Assembly: GCA_051891395.1 (NCBI GenBank)
Contig: JBJFFC010000005.1
Coordinates: 1,141 to 65,140 of the forward strand
Length of the DNA: 64,000 nt
Reading direction: 5' to 3'
Source of the DNA: Clostridia bacterium
GTDB taxonomy: Bacteria; Bacillota; Clostridia; TANB77; CAG-508
Shown: positions 18,894-27,426 of the stretch, in pieces
How positions within the stretch are numbered: position 1 is the first letter of the stretch
Layout: each line of letters starts with the position of its first letter
The notes under the pieces: generated by a model
What the model was told of the DNA's origin: nothing
The model's database searches: none
The model's input: only the letters and a program-made list of their open reading frames with translations
Made by a program: the position numbers and the translations under genes

Positions 18894-19739
18894 ATGTCGA
18901 CACAAACATCTTTACTAGATGCTCTGTATATAGAGCATAGTATTCCAGATATCTTAAAAAAATATGAGGAATTACTTAAAAGTGGAAATGTATTAGACGT
19001 GGCACATGCTGCTAAAATTGCGGAATATCGGGCACTGATAACTAATAAGAAGTTTTTGTACAGAATTCGGAAGAATTTTAATAACATTTACTCTCTTATC
19101 GACAAGAACTTTTCAGATGTGAGATTTTGCATTGATGGACGGCGTAAATCACTTATAAGTACAGAGAAAAAAATCCAAAAGTTACTCTCAGAAAATAAGT
19201 CTTTAGATTTACTCCGTGACTTATTTGCTTTTCGAATTTTAATATTTGGAAAAAACTCACAAAAACTTATCTCAACATGTTATTCTATTGCACGAAAAGT
19301 AATAGAATATAGCATTGAACAAGGTTTGACCCTCTGTGAAGCTGATTTGACAAGAGGAACTGAAACATTCAATGTAGAAGCTCATCCAACCGTTCTTCTG
19401 CCAAAATGTTCTGGCATTCCCGAGAAATTCCGTTATGGTGTAAAGGATTATATCCGCAATCCCAAAGAAAACGGATACCAGTCTTTGCACATCACATTCA
19501 GAGCCACGACTGGAGAATGCTTTGAAATTCAGATTAGGACTTTTGATATGCATGTTCATGCAGAATCAGGAGAAGCTAATCATACGGGATACAAAGCCAA
19601 GAAATATCCTGGAAATCTTATTTTTGATAAAGAAAAAATAGATATTCCTGGATATGGCATCTCTCCGAAAGGAGAAGTCTTTGATTTCGTAGGTCTTGAA
19701 AAAGGTCTTGAAATCTTAAAACGTCAAAAGACCTATTAA
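18894..19739 (+). CDS. RelA/SpoT-domain small alarmone synthetase-like protein
   Basis: ATG at 18894, 6 nt after AGGAGG; the track ORF starts earlier at a TTG. Synthetase motifs are DGRRKS, DLFAFRI, NGYQSLH and EIQIRT..MH..AE. It is visibly richer in G+C than its neighbours and uses CGG as a codon 3 times. Confidence 0.8.
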   Translation: MSTQTSLLDALYIEHSIPDILKKYEELLKSGNVLDVAHAAKIAEYRALITNKKFLYRIRKNFNNIYSLIDKNFSDVRFCIDGRRKSLISTEKKIQKLLSENKSLDLLRDLFAFRILIFGKNSQKLISTCYSIARKVIEYSIEQGLTLCEADLTRGTETFNVEAHPTVLLPKCSGIPEKFRYGVKDYIRNPKENGYQSLHITFRATTGECFEIQIRTFDMHVHAESGEANHTGYKAKKYPGNLIFDKEKIDIPGYGISPKGEVFDFVGLEKGLEILKRQKTY

Positions 19740-19753
19740 ATTTTCCAAAATTT

Positions 19754-19792
19754 CACCCGCCAAAAAGCAATTGCTTAGGCGGGTGTTTTCTT
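19754..19792 (+). terminator. Rho-independent terminator of the alarmone synthetase gene
   Basis: cacccgcc-aaaaagcaattgctta-ggcgggtg followed by ttttctt. Confidence 0.85.
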
Positions 19793-19801
19793 TACACTTT
19801 A

Positions 19802-20389
19802 TTATTTAATTCTACTAACAGCCAATCCATCTCCAACTTCCAAAATTTCAGTCTCAAGATTTGGATTTTCGCTTACTTCCTTAATATATTCTCTCAAATT
19901 TCTAACAGCTGTACGTTGTTTATGTTTATTATAATCGCTCAATACATATCCTTTATAAAGAATATTATCTGCAAAAATGATTCCATTTGGTTTTATCATC
20001 CTTAACGCCTCTTTTAAAAAAAATGGATATTTTCCCTTTGCTGCATCTATAAATACAGCATCATATTTTTCATTTAAAGTAGGTAAAATTTCTACTGCAT
20101 CACCTTCGTAAATATGTATTTTGTTTTCTAAATCCATATTTTTAATATTAACTTTTGCTTCTTTGATTCGTTCCTCATCACGCTCTATCGTGTCTATCAT
20201 GCCATCTTCATTAAGATATTTTGAAAAACAGATTGCTGAATAGCCAACAGCTGTTCCTATTTCTAATATTCTTTCAGGTTTCATATTTATTAAATAGTTT
20301 GCTATTACTTCTAGTGTATCATCCATAATAATTGGTATATGTTCTTCTAATGCTTTTTGTTTCATTTTATCTAGCATCTTCATCATCAT
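19802..20389 (-). CDS. Class I SAM-dependent O-methyltransferase (TrmR/YrrM-like)
   Basis: ILEIGTAVGYS SAM-binding motif, FIDA.K and the overall caffeoyl-CoA OMT-like length. It neighbours the U32 peptidase, as in the B. subtilis yrrMNO cluster. Confidence 0.8.
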   Translation of the reverse strand: MMMKMLDKMKQKALEEHIPIIMDDTLEVIANYLINMKPERILEIGTAVGYSAICFSKYLNEDGMIDTIERDEERIKEAKVNIKNMDLENKIHIYEGDAVEILPTLNEKYDAVFIDAAKGKYPFFLKEALRMIKPNGIIFADNILYKGYVLSDYNKHKQRTAVRNLREYIKEVSENPNLETEILEVGDGLAVSRIK

Positions 20390-20681
20390 TTCTATTTTTA
20401 CTTTCCTTTTTTCTTTCTTCTATCCATTTCTTTAATATTTCGTCTGTAAATACTTCTCTATCAAATCTAGAATTTATTTGTTCTTTTGCTGCTTCGTATC
20501 CTATTTTTTCATATAATTCTAAAAATTGCAATTTACTTCCTTTTTCTGGCTCTTTTTTATTTTTTTGCCTTATTTGATAATCTGTATAAGCTGCTACTAT
20601 TTCACTATTATATTGTCTTTGCCTATAACTTGTTGGAGCCCATTTCCTAGTTCTTTTATTAAAATATGAATTTGTACCCAT
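20367..20681 (-). CDS. Hypothetical basic protein (104 aa)
   Basis: ORF between typA and the methyltransferase, overlapping the latter by a few codons. I recognise no family. Confidence 0.45.
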   Translation of the reverse strand: MGTNSYFNKRTRKWAPTSYRQRQYNSEIVAAYTDYQIRQKNKKEPEKGSKLQFLELYEKIGYEAAKEQINSRFDREVFTDEILKKWIEERKKESKNRNDDEDAR

Positions 20682-20698
20682 TTTCTTTTCTTCCTTTA

Positions 20699-22522
20699 TT
20701 ATTTATTTCTATTGGCTCTTTCTCTCTCTTTAGAGTCTAATATTTTCTTTCTTAAACGAATTGATTTTGGTGTTACTTCTACTAATTCGTCATCTTGAAT
20801 AAATTCTATTGCTTTTTCTAAAGACATTTGAATTGGTGGAACCAATCTAAGTGCTTCATCTGATCCTGATGCTCTTGTATTTGTTAAATGTTTTTCTTTA
20901 CATACGTTTATCGCTAAATCTTCTCCTCTGGAATTTAATCCAACAATCATTCCTTCATATACTTCTACACCTGGTCCGATGAATAAATCACCTTTGTCTT
21001 GTGCATTATATAATCCATATGTTACAGATTTTCCATTTTCGAAGGCAACTATGGTTCCTCTTACTCTTGCTTGGATATCTCCTTTATAGGCTTGATATGA
21101 ATCAAAAATATGGTTCATAGTTCCTTCACCTTTTGTATCTGTTAAGAATTCTGTTCTATATCCTATCAATCCTCTTGCTGGAATTTTAAATTCTATTTTT
21201 GTGTGTCCTGTTTCTGCTGGTTCCATATTTACCATTTCTGCTTTTCTTCTACCTAATTTTTCAATAACATTTCCTACACAGTCATCAGGAACATTTACAA
21301 CTAATAATTCAATTGGTTCACATTTTACGCCATCGATTTCTTTATAAATAACCTTTGGTCTAGATACAAGAAGTTCAAATCCTTCTCTTCTCATCGTTTC
21401 AATCAATACTGATAAATGAAGTTCTCCCCTTCCTGATACTTCAAAGGAATCTGGTGTATCTGTTTCTTTAACTCTTAAAGATACATTTCTTTCTAGCTCT
21501 TTAAACAATCTATCACGAATATGTCTTGATGTAATAAATTGTCCTTCTTTTCCTGCAAAAGGTCCATTATTTACACTAAATGTCATAGATACTGTTGGTT
21601 CATCAATATCTACAAAAGGAATTTTTTCTGGATGTTCAAAATCACATATTGTATCACCTATGTTGATATCAGGAAGACCTGCAAGTTCTATAATATCTCC
21701 TGCTTTTCCTTCTTCTACTTCTACTTTGTTTAATCCAACATGTGTATAAACTTTTGCTATTCTTCCTTGTGTTACTTTCTCTTCTTTTCCACAGATAGAA
21801 ACTGGCATTCCTACTTTTATAATTCCTCTTTCTATTCTTCCTACTGCTATTCTTCCCACATAATCATCATAATCGATATTAGAAACTAACATTTGAGCTG
21901 GCCCCTCTTCATCACAGTCTGGTGCTTGAATTGTATTTATAATTGTTTCAAATAGACATGATAAATCTGTTGTTTCATCAGCTAAATCCATTTTCGCTAT
22001 TCCATTTTTAGCTGAGGCATATACAACTGGAAAATCTAATTGTTCATCTGTTGCATCTAGCTCAATAAACAATTCTATAACTTGATCAACAACTTTTTCA
22101 GGTGTTGCTCCTGGTCTATCTATTTTATTTATTACAACGATCGGCTTTAATCCTAGTGCTAATGATTTTTTTAAAACTTCTCTCGTTTGAGGCATTGCTC
22201 CTTCAAAGGCATCAACTAATAAAAGAACTCCATCTACTGTTTTTAGAACTCTTTCTACTTCTCCACCAAAATCAGCATGTCCTGGTGTATCTACTATATT
22301 GATTTTAATATCATCATGCATTACAGATGTGTTTTTAGAAAGAATTGTTATTCCTCTTTCTTTCTCTTGATCATTTGAATCCATGATTCTCTCTGCTACT
22401 TGCTCATTTTCTCTAAATACATGACTTTGTTTTAGCATCGCATCTACCAATGTTGTTTTTCCATGATCTACGTGTGCAATAATTGCTATATTTCTTATTT
22501 TTTGGTTGTTCATTTTTTCCAT
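20699..22522 (-). CDS. typA: Translational GTPase TypA/BipA
   Basis: 607 aa with G motifs [14 protein letters not shown] and NKID, and an EF-G-like domain organisation. Confidence 0.97.
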   Translation of the reverse strand: MEKMNNQKIRNIAIIAHVDHGKTTLVDAMLKQSHVFRENEQVAERIMDSNDQEKERGITILSKNTSVMHDDIKINIVDTPGHADFGGEVERVLKTVDGVLLLVDAFEGAMPQTREVLKKSLALGLKPIVVINKIDRPGATPEKVVDQVIELFIELDATDEQLDFPVVYASAKNGIAKMDLADETTDLSCLFETIINTIQAPDCDEEGPAQMLVSNIDYDDYVGRIAVGRIERGIIKVGMPVSICGKEEKVTQGRIAKVYTHVGLNKVEVEEGKAGDIIELAGLPDINIGDTICDFEHPEKIPFVDIDEPTVSMTFSVNNGPFAGKEGQFITSRHIRDRLFKELERNVSLRVKETDTPDSFEVSGRGELHLSVLIETMRREGFELLVSRPKVIYKEIDGVKCEPIELLVVNVPDDCVGNVIEKLGRRKAEMVNMEPAETGHTKIEFKIPARGLIGYRTEFLTDTKGEGTMNHIFDSYQAYKGDIQARVRGTIVAFENGKSVTYGLYNAQDKGDLFIGPGVEVYEGMIVGLNSRGEDLAINVCKEKHLTNTRASGSDEALRLVPPIQMSLEKAIEFIQDDELVEVTPKSIRLRKKILDSKERERANRNK

Positions 22523-22541
22523 TCCTTCCTTTTTTGCTATT

Positions 22542-22570
22542 GGCTAATGAGGGACGGGTACATATTAACC
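22542..22570 (+). repeat. 29-nt hairpin motif ggctaatgagggacgggtacatattaacc
   Basis: Second copy of the motif at 4714-4742, in opposite orientation. It lies 20 nt upstream of the typA start codon. Confidence 0.6.
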
Positions 22571-22664
22571 ACTTTCCTCATAACATAAGACGTTTTTAGA
22601 AAAGTCTCCTTTTTAAAAACGTCTATTTTCTCTTAAAAACTTACAATATTATACACTTATTTTT

Positions 22665-23327
22665 CTACTTTGTCAAATTAATTATATTTTCCATTATCTC
22701 ATTTGTTATCTTGTCTAAAGTCTCCTTATCTTTTGTTCCTTTATACTGACTATAATCTAATGGTTTTCCATATGTAATGGTAACTTTCCAATTTTCCTTA
22801 GTTCCACCTTTAATACCACATGGAACTACTTTTGCTCCACTTCTTACTGCAAAAAAAGCCGCTCCATCTTTTACTGCTTCACCCTTTCCCAAACCATTTC
22901 TAGTACCTTCAGGAAATAGAGCCAAACATTGTCCTTCTTTTAAAGTTTTTAAAGATTCCTTAATCGCTTTCACTTCTTTTGAATCCCTTTTTACTAATAT
23001 TGCATCAAAAACAATTCCTAAAAAAGCTAAAAATTTATTTTTTGTTAACTCTTCTTTTGCTAGAAATCTCGTATATCTTCCACAAGTTACTTCTATTAGT
23101 GGTGGATCTAAAAAACTTCTATGATTTCCACAGATGATAGCTGGACCTTCCTTTGGAATATTTTCTTTTCCTACTATCTTCATTCTATAAACAACTTTAC
23201 AATAAATATAAATTGCTCCTTTTACTATCCCTCTACCTATTTTTTTAAAAAACTCTTTCATTTCATTCATTCCTTTCAGAAACATTTTTATAGTAGATAT
23301 TTCTTTAGTTTTTTCTCTTTCTTCCAT
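22665..23327 (-). CDS. plsC: 1-acyl-sn-glycerol-3-phosphate acyltransferase
   Basis: Acyltransferase motifs NHRSFLDP and FPEGTR. The start is uncertain and the ORF overlaps the cmk stop. Confidence 0.85.
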   Translation of the reverse strand: MEEREKTKEISTIKMFLKGMNEMKEFFKKIGRGIVKGAIYIYCKVVYRMKIVGKENIPKEGPAIICGNHRSFLDPPLIEVTCGRYTRFLAKEELTKNKFLAFLGIVFDAILVKRDSKEVKAIKESLKTLKEGQCLALFPEGTRNGLGKGEAVKDGAAFFAVRSGAKVVPCGIKGGTKENWKVTITYGKPLDYSQYKGTKDKETLDKITNEIMENIINLTK

Positions 23328-23979
23328 TTACAATTTCTATCACTTTATTTACGACTTCTTCAATTGTCATATTGCTTGAATCAATGTAAATTGCATCTTC
23401 TGCTTGAACCAAAGGCGCAATTTCTCTTTCTGTTTCTAATTTATGCCTTTTCTTTATACTTTCTAGAATTTCCTCATAAGTAACCTTCATTCCTTTTTCA
23501 AGATCTTGCTTATACCTTCTATTAGCTCTTTCTTCTACAGAAGCATCTAGATAAATTTTCACATCTGCGTTTGGAAATACTGTTGTTCCTATATCTCTGC
23601 CTTCCATTATAATATCTTGCCTCTCTCCCATTTTCCTTTGTAATGGTGTTACTTTGTTTCTAACACAAGCAAGCGCCGCAAATTTTGCAACACAAGCATC
23701 CACTTCAGGTGTTCTTATTTGATTTGATACATCTTCCCCATCTAAAAAGATTATTTGATTTTCTCCTTCTCTTTTTATTTCTATTGTTATATCGCTCAAT
23801 AATTCTTCGATTTTTTTAATTTCTGTACTATCTATATCATTTCTTAGAGCTTTTAATGCAACACATCTATACATTGCCCCTGTATCTACATTTACTAAAT
23901 TAAGTTTTTTCGCTACTAATTTTGTTATAGTTCCTTTACCACTTCCAGCTGGTCCATCGATTGCTACTACGAATGACAT
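23305..23979 (-). CDS. cmk: Cytidylate kinase
   Basis: IAIDGPAGSGKGT P-loop, 224 aa, typical Cmk length and motifs. Confidence 0.95.
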   Translation of the reverse strand: MSFVVAIDGPAGSGKGTITKLVAKKLNLVNVDTGAMYRCVALKALRNDIDSTEIKKIEELLSDITIEIKREGENQIIFLDGEDVSNQIRTPEVDACVAKFAALACVRNKVTPLQRKMGERQDIIMEGRDIGTTVFPNADVKIYLDASVEERANRRYKQDLEKGMKVTYEEILESIKKRHKLETEREIAPLVQAEDAIYIDSSNMTIEEVVNKVIEIVNGRKRKN

Positions 23980-23998
23980 TAATTATTCCTCCTTCAAC

Positions 23999-24126
23999 GA
24001 GATTTTGAAATTTTGGGGACGGAGCAAAAATTTCACTATTATTCTCCTACCTCAAAACTCTTAATATCTCAATATTTAATAACTAAAAATGAAATTTTTG
24101 CTCCGTCCCCAAAATTCCAAAATCTC
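23999..24126. repeat. 37-bp inverted repeat (54-bp spacer) inside an operon
   Basis: gagattttgaaattttggggacggagcaaaaatttca (23999-24035) and its reverse complement at 24090-24126, with 1 mismatch. It starts 2 nt inside the upstream stop codon and ends 20 nt before the cmk start. Confidence 0.85.
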
Positions 24127-24988
24127 ATTCTTCTTGTGGCACATAAATATTTTTTGCAACCACTTCTAGTTCAACAACATTCATTGCTGTTAACTTTTCT
24201 ATTTCTTTTTTAGCCCTTTGTTTAAATTCATTTAGTCCTTCAACAACATTAAATCCATATACGATACTAACCTCCATATAGATTTTGGCGCCTTCTCCGA
24301 AATTTTCTACTCTTGTTTTTAAAATTTTGTGAATTGCTGGAGTTTGTACTGCTAAAAACTCTAAAATTTGTCTAAATACTAAATCCGATATTGTAAATTT
24401 TCCCAAATAGCTAAATGTTGGTCTTATGATAGATTTCTCTGATATGTATGGTTTTTGACCTCTTCCTTTTGATTTAAATATTTGAAGCGGATCTAATAAA
24501 TAGCCTGAGAAATCTTTTTTTATTTCAAAAGTTGGAACTGGTATTACATGTTTTCCTTCCGTTACTCTAATTCTCCTTGCCATTTTCATTTCTTCTTCTG
24601 TTGCAACATCTGTAATATAGATTGTTTCTGAAATTTCTGGTAATCCCAAATTCGCTGCTATTTTTTGTACCATTCCATCTGATGTTCCTAAAATTAATAT
24701 ACTCTCTGGTTTATACTTTTTAAAAGCTTTTATAATAGGTTCTCTTTCTTTTTCTTCGTAAAATAAAGCATGTTTTACAGTAGCTACTTTTGTTGCTGCT
24801 TTTTTGGCAGATTCTCCTGCTACTACTTCATTGTCTTTTATTAATAGTCCATCATCTATTATAAAGCTTATGTTTCTCTCGCTTGCTACCATTTGCGCTC
24901 TGTAACTTTTTCCTGTTCCTGATGGTCCAACAAATGCATATACTTTCATTTTGTTTACAAATGGTAATTTTATATCTTTTAATAACAT
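24125..24988 (-). CDS. P-loop NTPase fused to a C-terminal Asp23/alkaline-shock-like domain, function unknown
   Basis: Walker A GPSGTGKS at residues 21-28. The C-terminal ~100 aa (IYMEVSIVYGFNVVEGLNEFKQRAKKEIEKLTAMNVVELEVVAKNIYV) follow the Asp23 family pattern. Confidence 0.6.
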   Translation of the reverse strand: MLLKDIKLPFVNKMKVYAFVGPSGTGKSYRAQMVASERNISFIIDDGLLIKDNEVVAGESAKKAATKVATVKHALFYEEKEREPIIKAFKKYKPESILILGTSDGMVQKIAANLGLPEISETIYITDVATEEEMKMARRIRVTEGKHVIPVPTFEIKKDFSGYLLDPLQIFKSKGRGQKPYISEKSIIRPTFSYLGKFTISDLVFRQILEFLAVQTPAIHKILKTRVENFGEGAKIYMEVSIVYGFNVVEGLNEFKQRAKKEIEKLTAMNVVELEVVAKNIYVPQEE

Positions 24989-25080
24989 TTCTTTGCTCCC
25001 TATCTTATTTTTCTTGGCTATTATATCATTTTTAATTTTATTCTACAATAGTTATATTCTTTTTCTATCAATTATAAAAC

Positions 25081-25112
25081 AAAAAATCTAGCAAATGAGC
25101 TAGATTTTTTTG
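25081..25112 (-). terminator. Rho-independent (bidirectional) terminator
   Basis: aaaaaatctagc-aaatga-gctagattttttt, downstream of ORF 25160-25894. Confidence 0.8.
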
Positions 25113-25159
25113 CTTAGAAAGACTAATGAAATCCTTCTAAAACCTGAAAACTTTTTAGG

Positions 25160-25894
25160 CTATGCAGAAACTCTTTTCCATTTTGCTGCATACTCAGGGT
25201 CCTGTATTGTTTCGCCGTTCGAGAACGGTACAAACAAAGAACCTTCTTTGTATCCAGCCTTTGAAAGCGCCGCAACAACTTCCCAGTTTCTGGTTACGTA
25301 TGTCTTGCCGTCTCTGTAGACAAAGACACATGTACCATTATTGGTACAATAGCGTCCAATCTTGGTAGCAGCCACACAGTCAAGGCAAGTTCCTTGGATT
25401 GCGGGATAAAGAATGTTTTCGTAATATGGATGCTCTACATGAACGCCTGCAACAGGCATCTCAAAGCATTTCTGTATTATTACTTCATCCAGTACGCCAA
25501 AACCGTGCTTATCAGAAAACTCATTGCAGTCAGCAATAAATTCAATTACATGCTGCTTATAGGCTTCGTTCTTAAGTTCTTCCCAGCGAGCCTTCTTCAT
25601 AACTGGATAATCCCAGTTTGAGAAAGGTACATAAAAGTTTTTTGCAATAAAGCCGTTATCCTGCAATATAGACATTGCCTTTCTGAAATAGGGAATTACA
25701 TAAAGTACAGCCTCATCCACAAAAGCAATTGTTCCATTATTAGTTGCATAAGAATGTTCCAAAATGGAATTAGCAACATAATCAGGATTTAAAGTTTCCT
25801 GTTTGTCGCCACGCTGTGGCCAGCATACCTTGATAGGTGCATTAAGTGCAATAGCCTTTGCCTTGAGTTCACACATCGTTGTCATTGTTTTCAT
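25160..25894 (-). CDS. Hypothetical protein with an internal two-fold repeat, in a G+C-rich island
   Basis: 244-aa ORF with its own terminator. Two ~60-aa repeats: NNGTIAFVDEAVLYVIPYFRKAMSILQDNGFIAKNFYVPFSN and NNGTCVFVYRDGKTYVTRNWEVVAALSKAGYKEGSLFVPFSN. Hand counts of two 60-nt lines give 45-48% G+C. Confidence 0.6.
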   Translation of the reverse strand: MKTMTTMCELKAKAIALNAPIKVCWPQRGDKQETLNPDYVANSILEHSYATNNGTIAFVDEAVLYVIPYFRKAMSILQDNGFIAKNFYVPFSNWDYPVMKKARWEELKNEAYKQHVIEFIADCNEFSDKHGFGVLDEVIIQKCFEMPVAGVHVEHPYYENILYPAIQGTCLDCVAATKIGRYCTNNGTCVFVYRDGKTYVTRNWEVVAALSKAGYKEGSLFVPFSNGETIQDPEYAAKWKRVSA

Positions 25895-26041
25895 TTTTGA
25901 ATTCCTCCAATAATATAGTAATATTTTTAGTCAAACCCAGATGCCCAAACTATTGGATATAAATGGTTTGCTAATTATTATTATACCATATTTTGCATAG
26001 AATTGCAAATTTATGTTCACTTGAAACACTTTTCACTGTCC

Positions 26042-27079
26042 CTAGTGTTCCAAATTTTTCCTTCTTAGTTGCCCACATGCTGCATCAATATCAGAACCCA
26101 GTTCTCTCCTAATCGTTGCCACAATTCCATGATCATTCAAATAATCTCTAAATCTCATAATATTTTCATTGGAACTTTTATCAAATTTTCCATTCTCTAT
26201 TTTATTAATTGGTATTAAATTCACATGACAATTCATACCTCTCAAAAGTTTTGCTAGTTCTTTTGCATCTTCTAAATTATCATTATTATCCTTTGCTAAT
26301 GCATATTCAAATGATATTCTTCTATGTGTTTTTTCTATGTAATCTTTACATGCCTTAATTAATTCTTCTATTGGATAGCTATTATTTACTGGCATCATCT
26401 TACTTCTCTTTTCATTATTTGTTGCATGTAAAGAAATGGATAACGTACATTGTATATTTTCTTCTGCCAATTGATATATTTTTGGTACTAATCCGCTAGT
26501 TGAAATACTTATATGTCTTGCTCCTATATTTAATCCTTTAGGATTATTTATAATTCTAATTGCATTTACTACATTATTATAATTATCCAATGGTTCACCT
26601 ATTCCCATAAATACCACATTCGATATTCTAACTCCTGTATCTTGTTCAACTGCTAATATTTGTTCAACAATTTCTCCACTTGTTAAACTTCTAATAAAAT
26701 TAATTCCAGTAGAAGCACAGAACTTACATCCCATTTTACAACCTATTTGTGAAGATACACATATACTATATCCATGATGATAACTCATTAATACTGTTTC
26801 AATCGCATTTCCATCTAATACATCAAATAAATATTTAATGGTTCCATCCTTTGCTTCTTGCTTTCTTAATATATTAAAATTACAAATTGTATAATTCTGT
26901 TTTAATTTTTCTCTTAAATCTTTCGATAAGTTTGTCATTTCATCAAAAGATTTTACCTTTTCCTCATATAACCATTTAAATATTTGCTCTGCTCTAAATG
27001 GCTTTTCTCCTATATTTATTAATTCTTCTTTTAATTCTTTTAAATCATAATCTTTTATGTTTTTCACTATTGGTCTCAT
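26042..27079 (-). CDS. rlmN: 23S rRNA/tRNA adenine-C2 methyltransferase RlmN (radical SAM)
   Basis: CKMGCKFC radical-SAM cluster motif, GIGEP, and C-terminal DIDAACGQL. Confidence 0.95.
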   Translation of the reverse strand: MRPIVKNIKDYDLKELKEELINIGEKPFRAEQIFKWLYEEKVKSFDEMTNLSKDLREKLKQNYTICNFNILRKQEAKDGTIKYLFDVLDGNAIETVLMSYHHGYSICVSSQIGCKMGCKFCASTGINFIRSLTSGEIVEQILAVEQDTGVRISNVVFMGIGEPLDNYNNVVNAIRIINNPKGLNIGARHISISTSGLVPKIYQLAEENIQCTLSISLHATNNEKRSKMMPVNNSYPIEELIKACKDYIEKTHRRISFEYALAKDNNDNLEDAKELAKLLRGMNCHVNLIPINKIENGKFDKSSNENIMRFRDYLNDHGIVATIRRELGSDIDAACGQLRRKNLEH

Positions 27080-27117
27080 TCCTCTCTCAAGGCATAAACT
27101 TGGTTAGAAAAGAATTA

Positions 27118-27209
27118 AATTTTGGCAAGGAAAATTTTATTTAAAAGGCAAGGGCGCATACGTGGTGTATGTAACCGCGTTTTAAACAAAATTTGACACA
27201 GCCAAAATT
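27118..27209. repeat. Intergenic imperfect palindrome with a G+C-rich centre
   Basis: aattttggc/gccaaaatt and aaaattttatttaaaa/ttttaaacaaaatttg arms around ggcaagggcgcatacgtggtgtatgtaaccgcg. It lies between the small ORF and the rlmN start. Confidence 0.5.
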
Positions 27210-27213
27210 GTAA

Positions 27214-27402
27214 TTATTTTTTAACCATCTCCCTTGGTATTACTATTTTCTCAGGATTCGGTCTATTTATTTTTATGATGTTTTTTAATTCCATGTCAAG
27301 TAGATATTCCTCTTGAAAGAATATTTGATAGATTATTTTTCTTATTTTATCAAATTTTGTTTCTTTTATAACTACTAAACTTGTTTCTAATATCTTTGAC
27401 AT
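27214..27402 (-). CDS. Hypothetical small protein (62 aa)
   Basis: ORF 25 nt downstream of the flavodiiron gene on the same strand. I recognise no family. Confidence 0.3.
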   Translation of the reverse strand: MSKILETSLVVIKETKFDKIRKIIYQIFFQEEYLLDMELKNIIKINRPNPEKIVIPREMVKK

Positions 27403-27426
27403 ACTATCACCTTTTATATGATTACT

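Noticed and set aside
18866-19087. ORF 18866-19087 (minus) and ORF 19272-19559 (minus) as possible antitoxins of the alarmone synthetase
   Set aside because: Both lie antisense within the synthetase coding sequence, without an RBS or recognisable fold features, and are most likely spurious.
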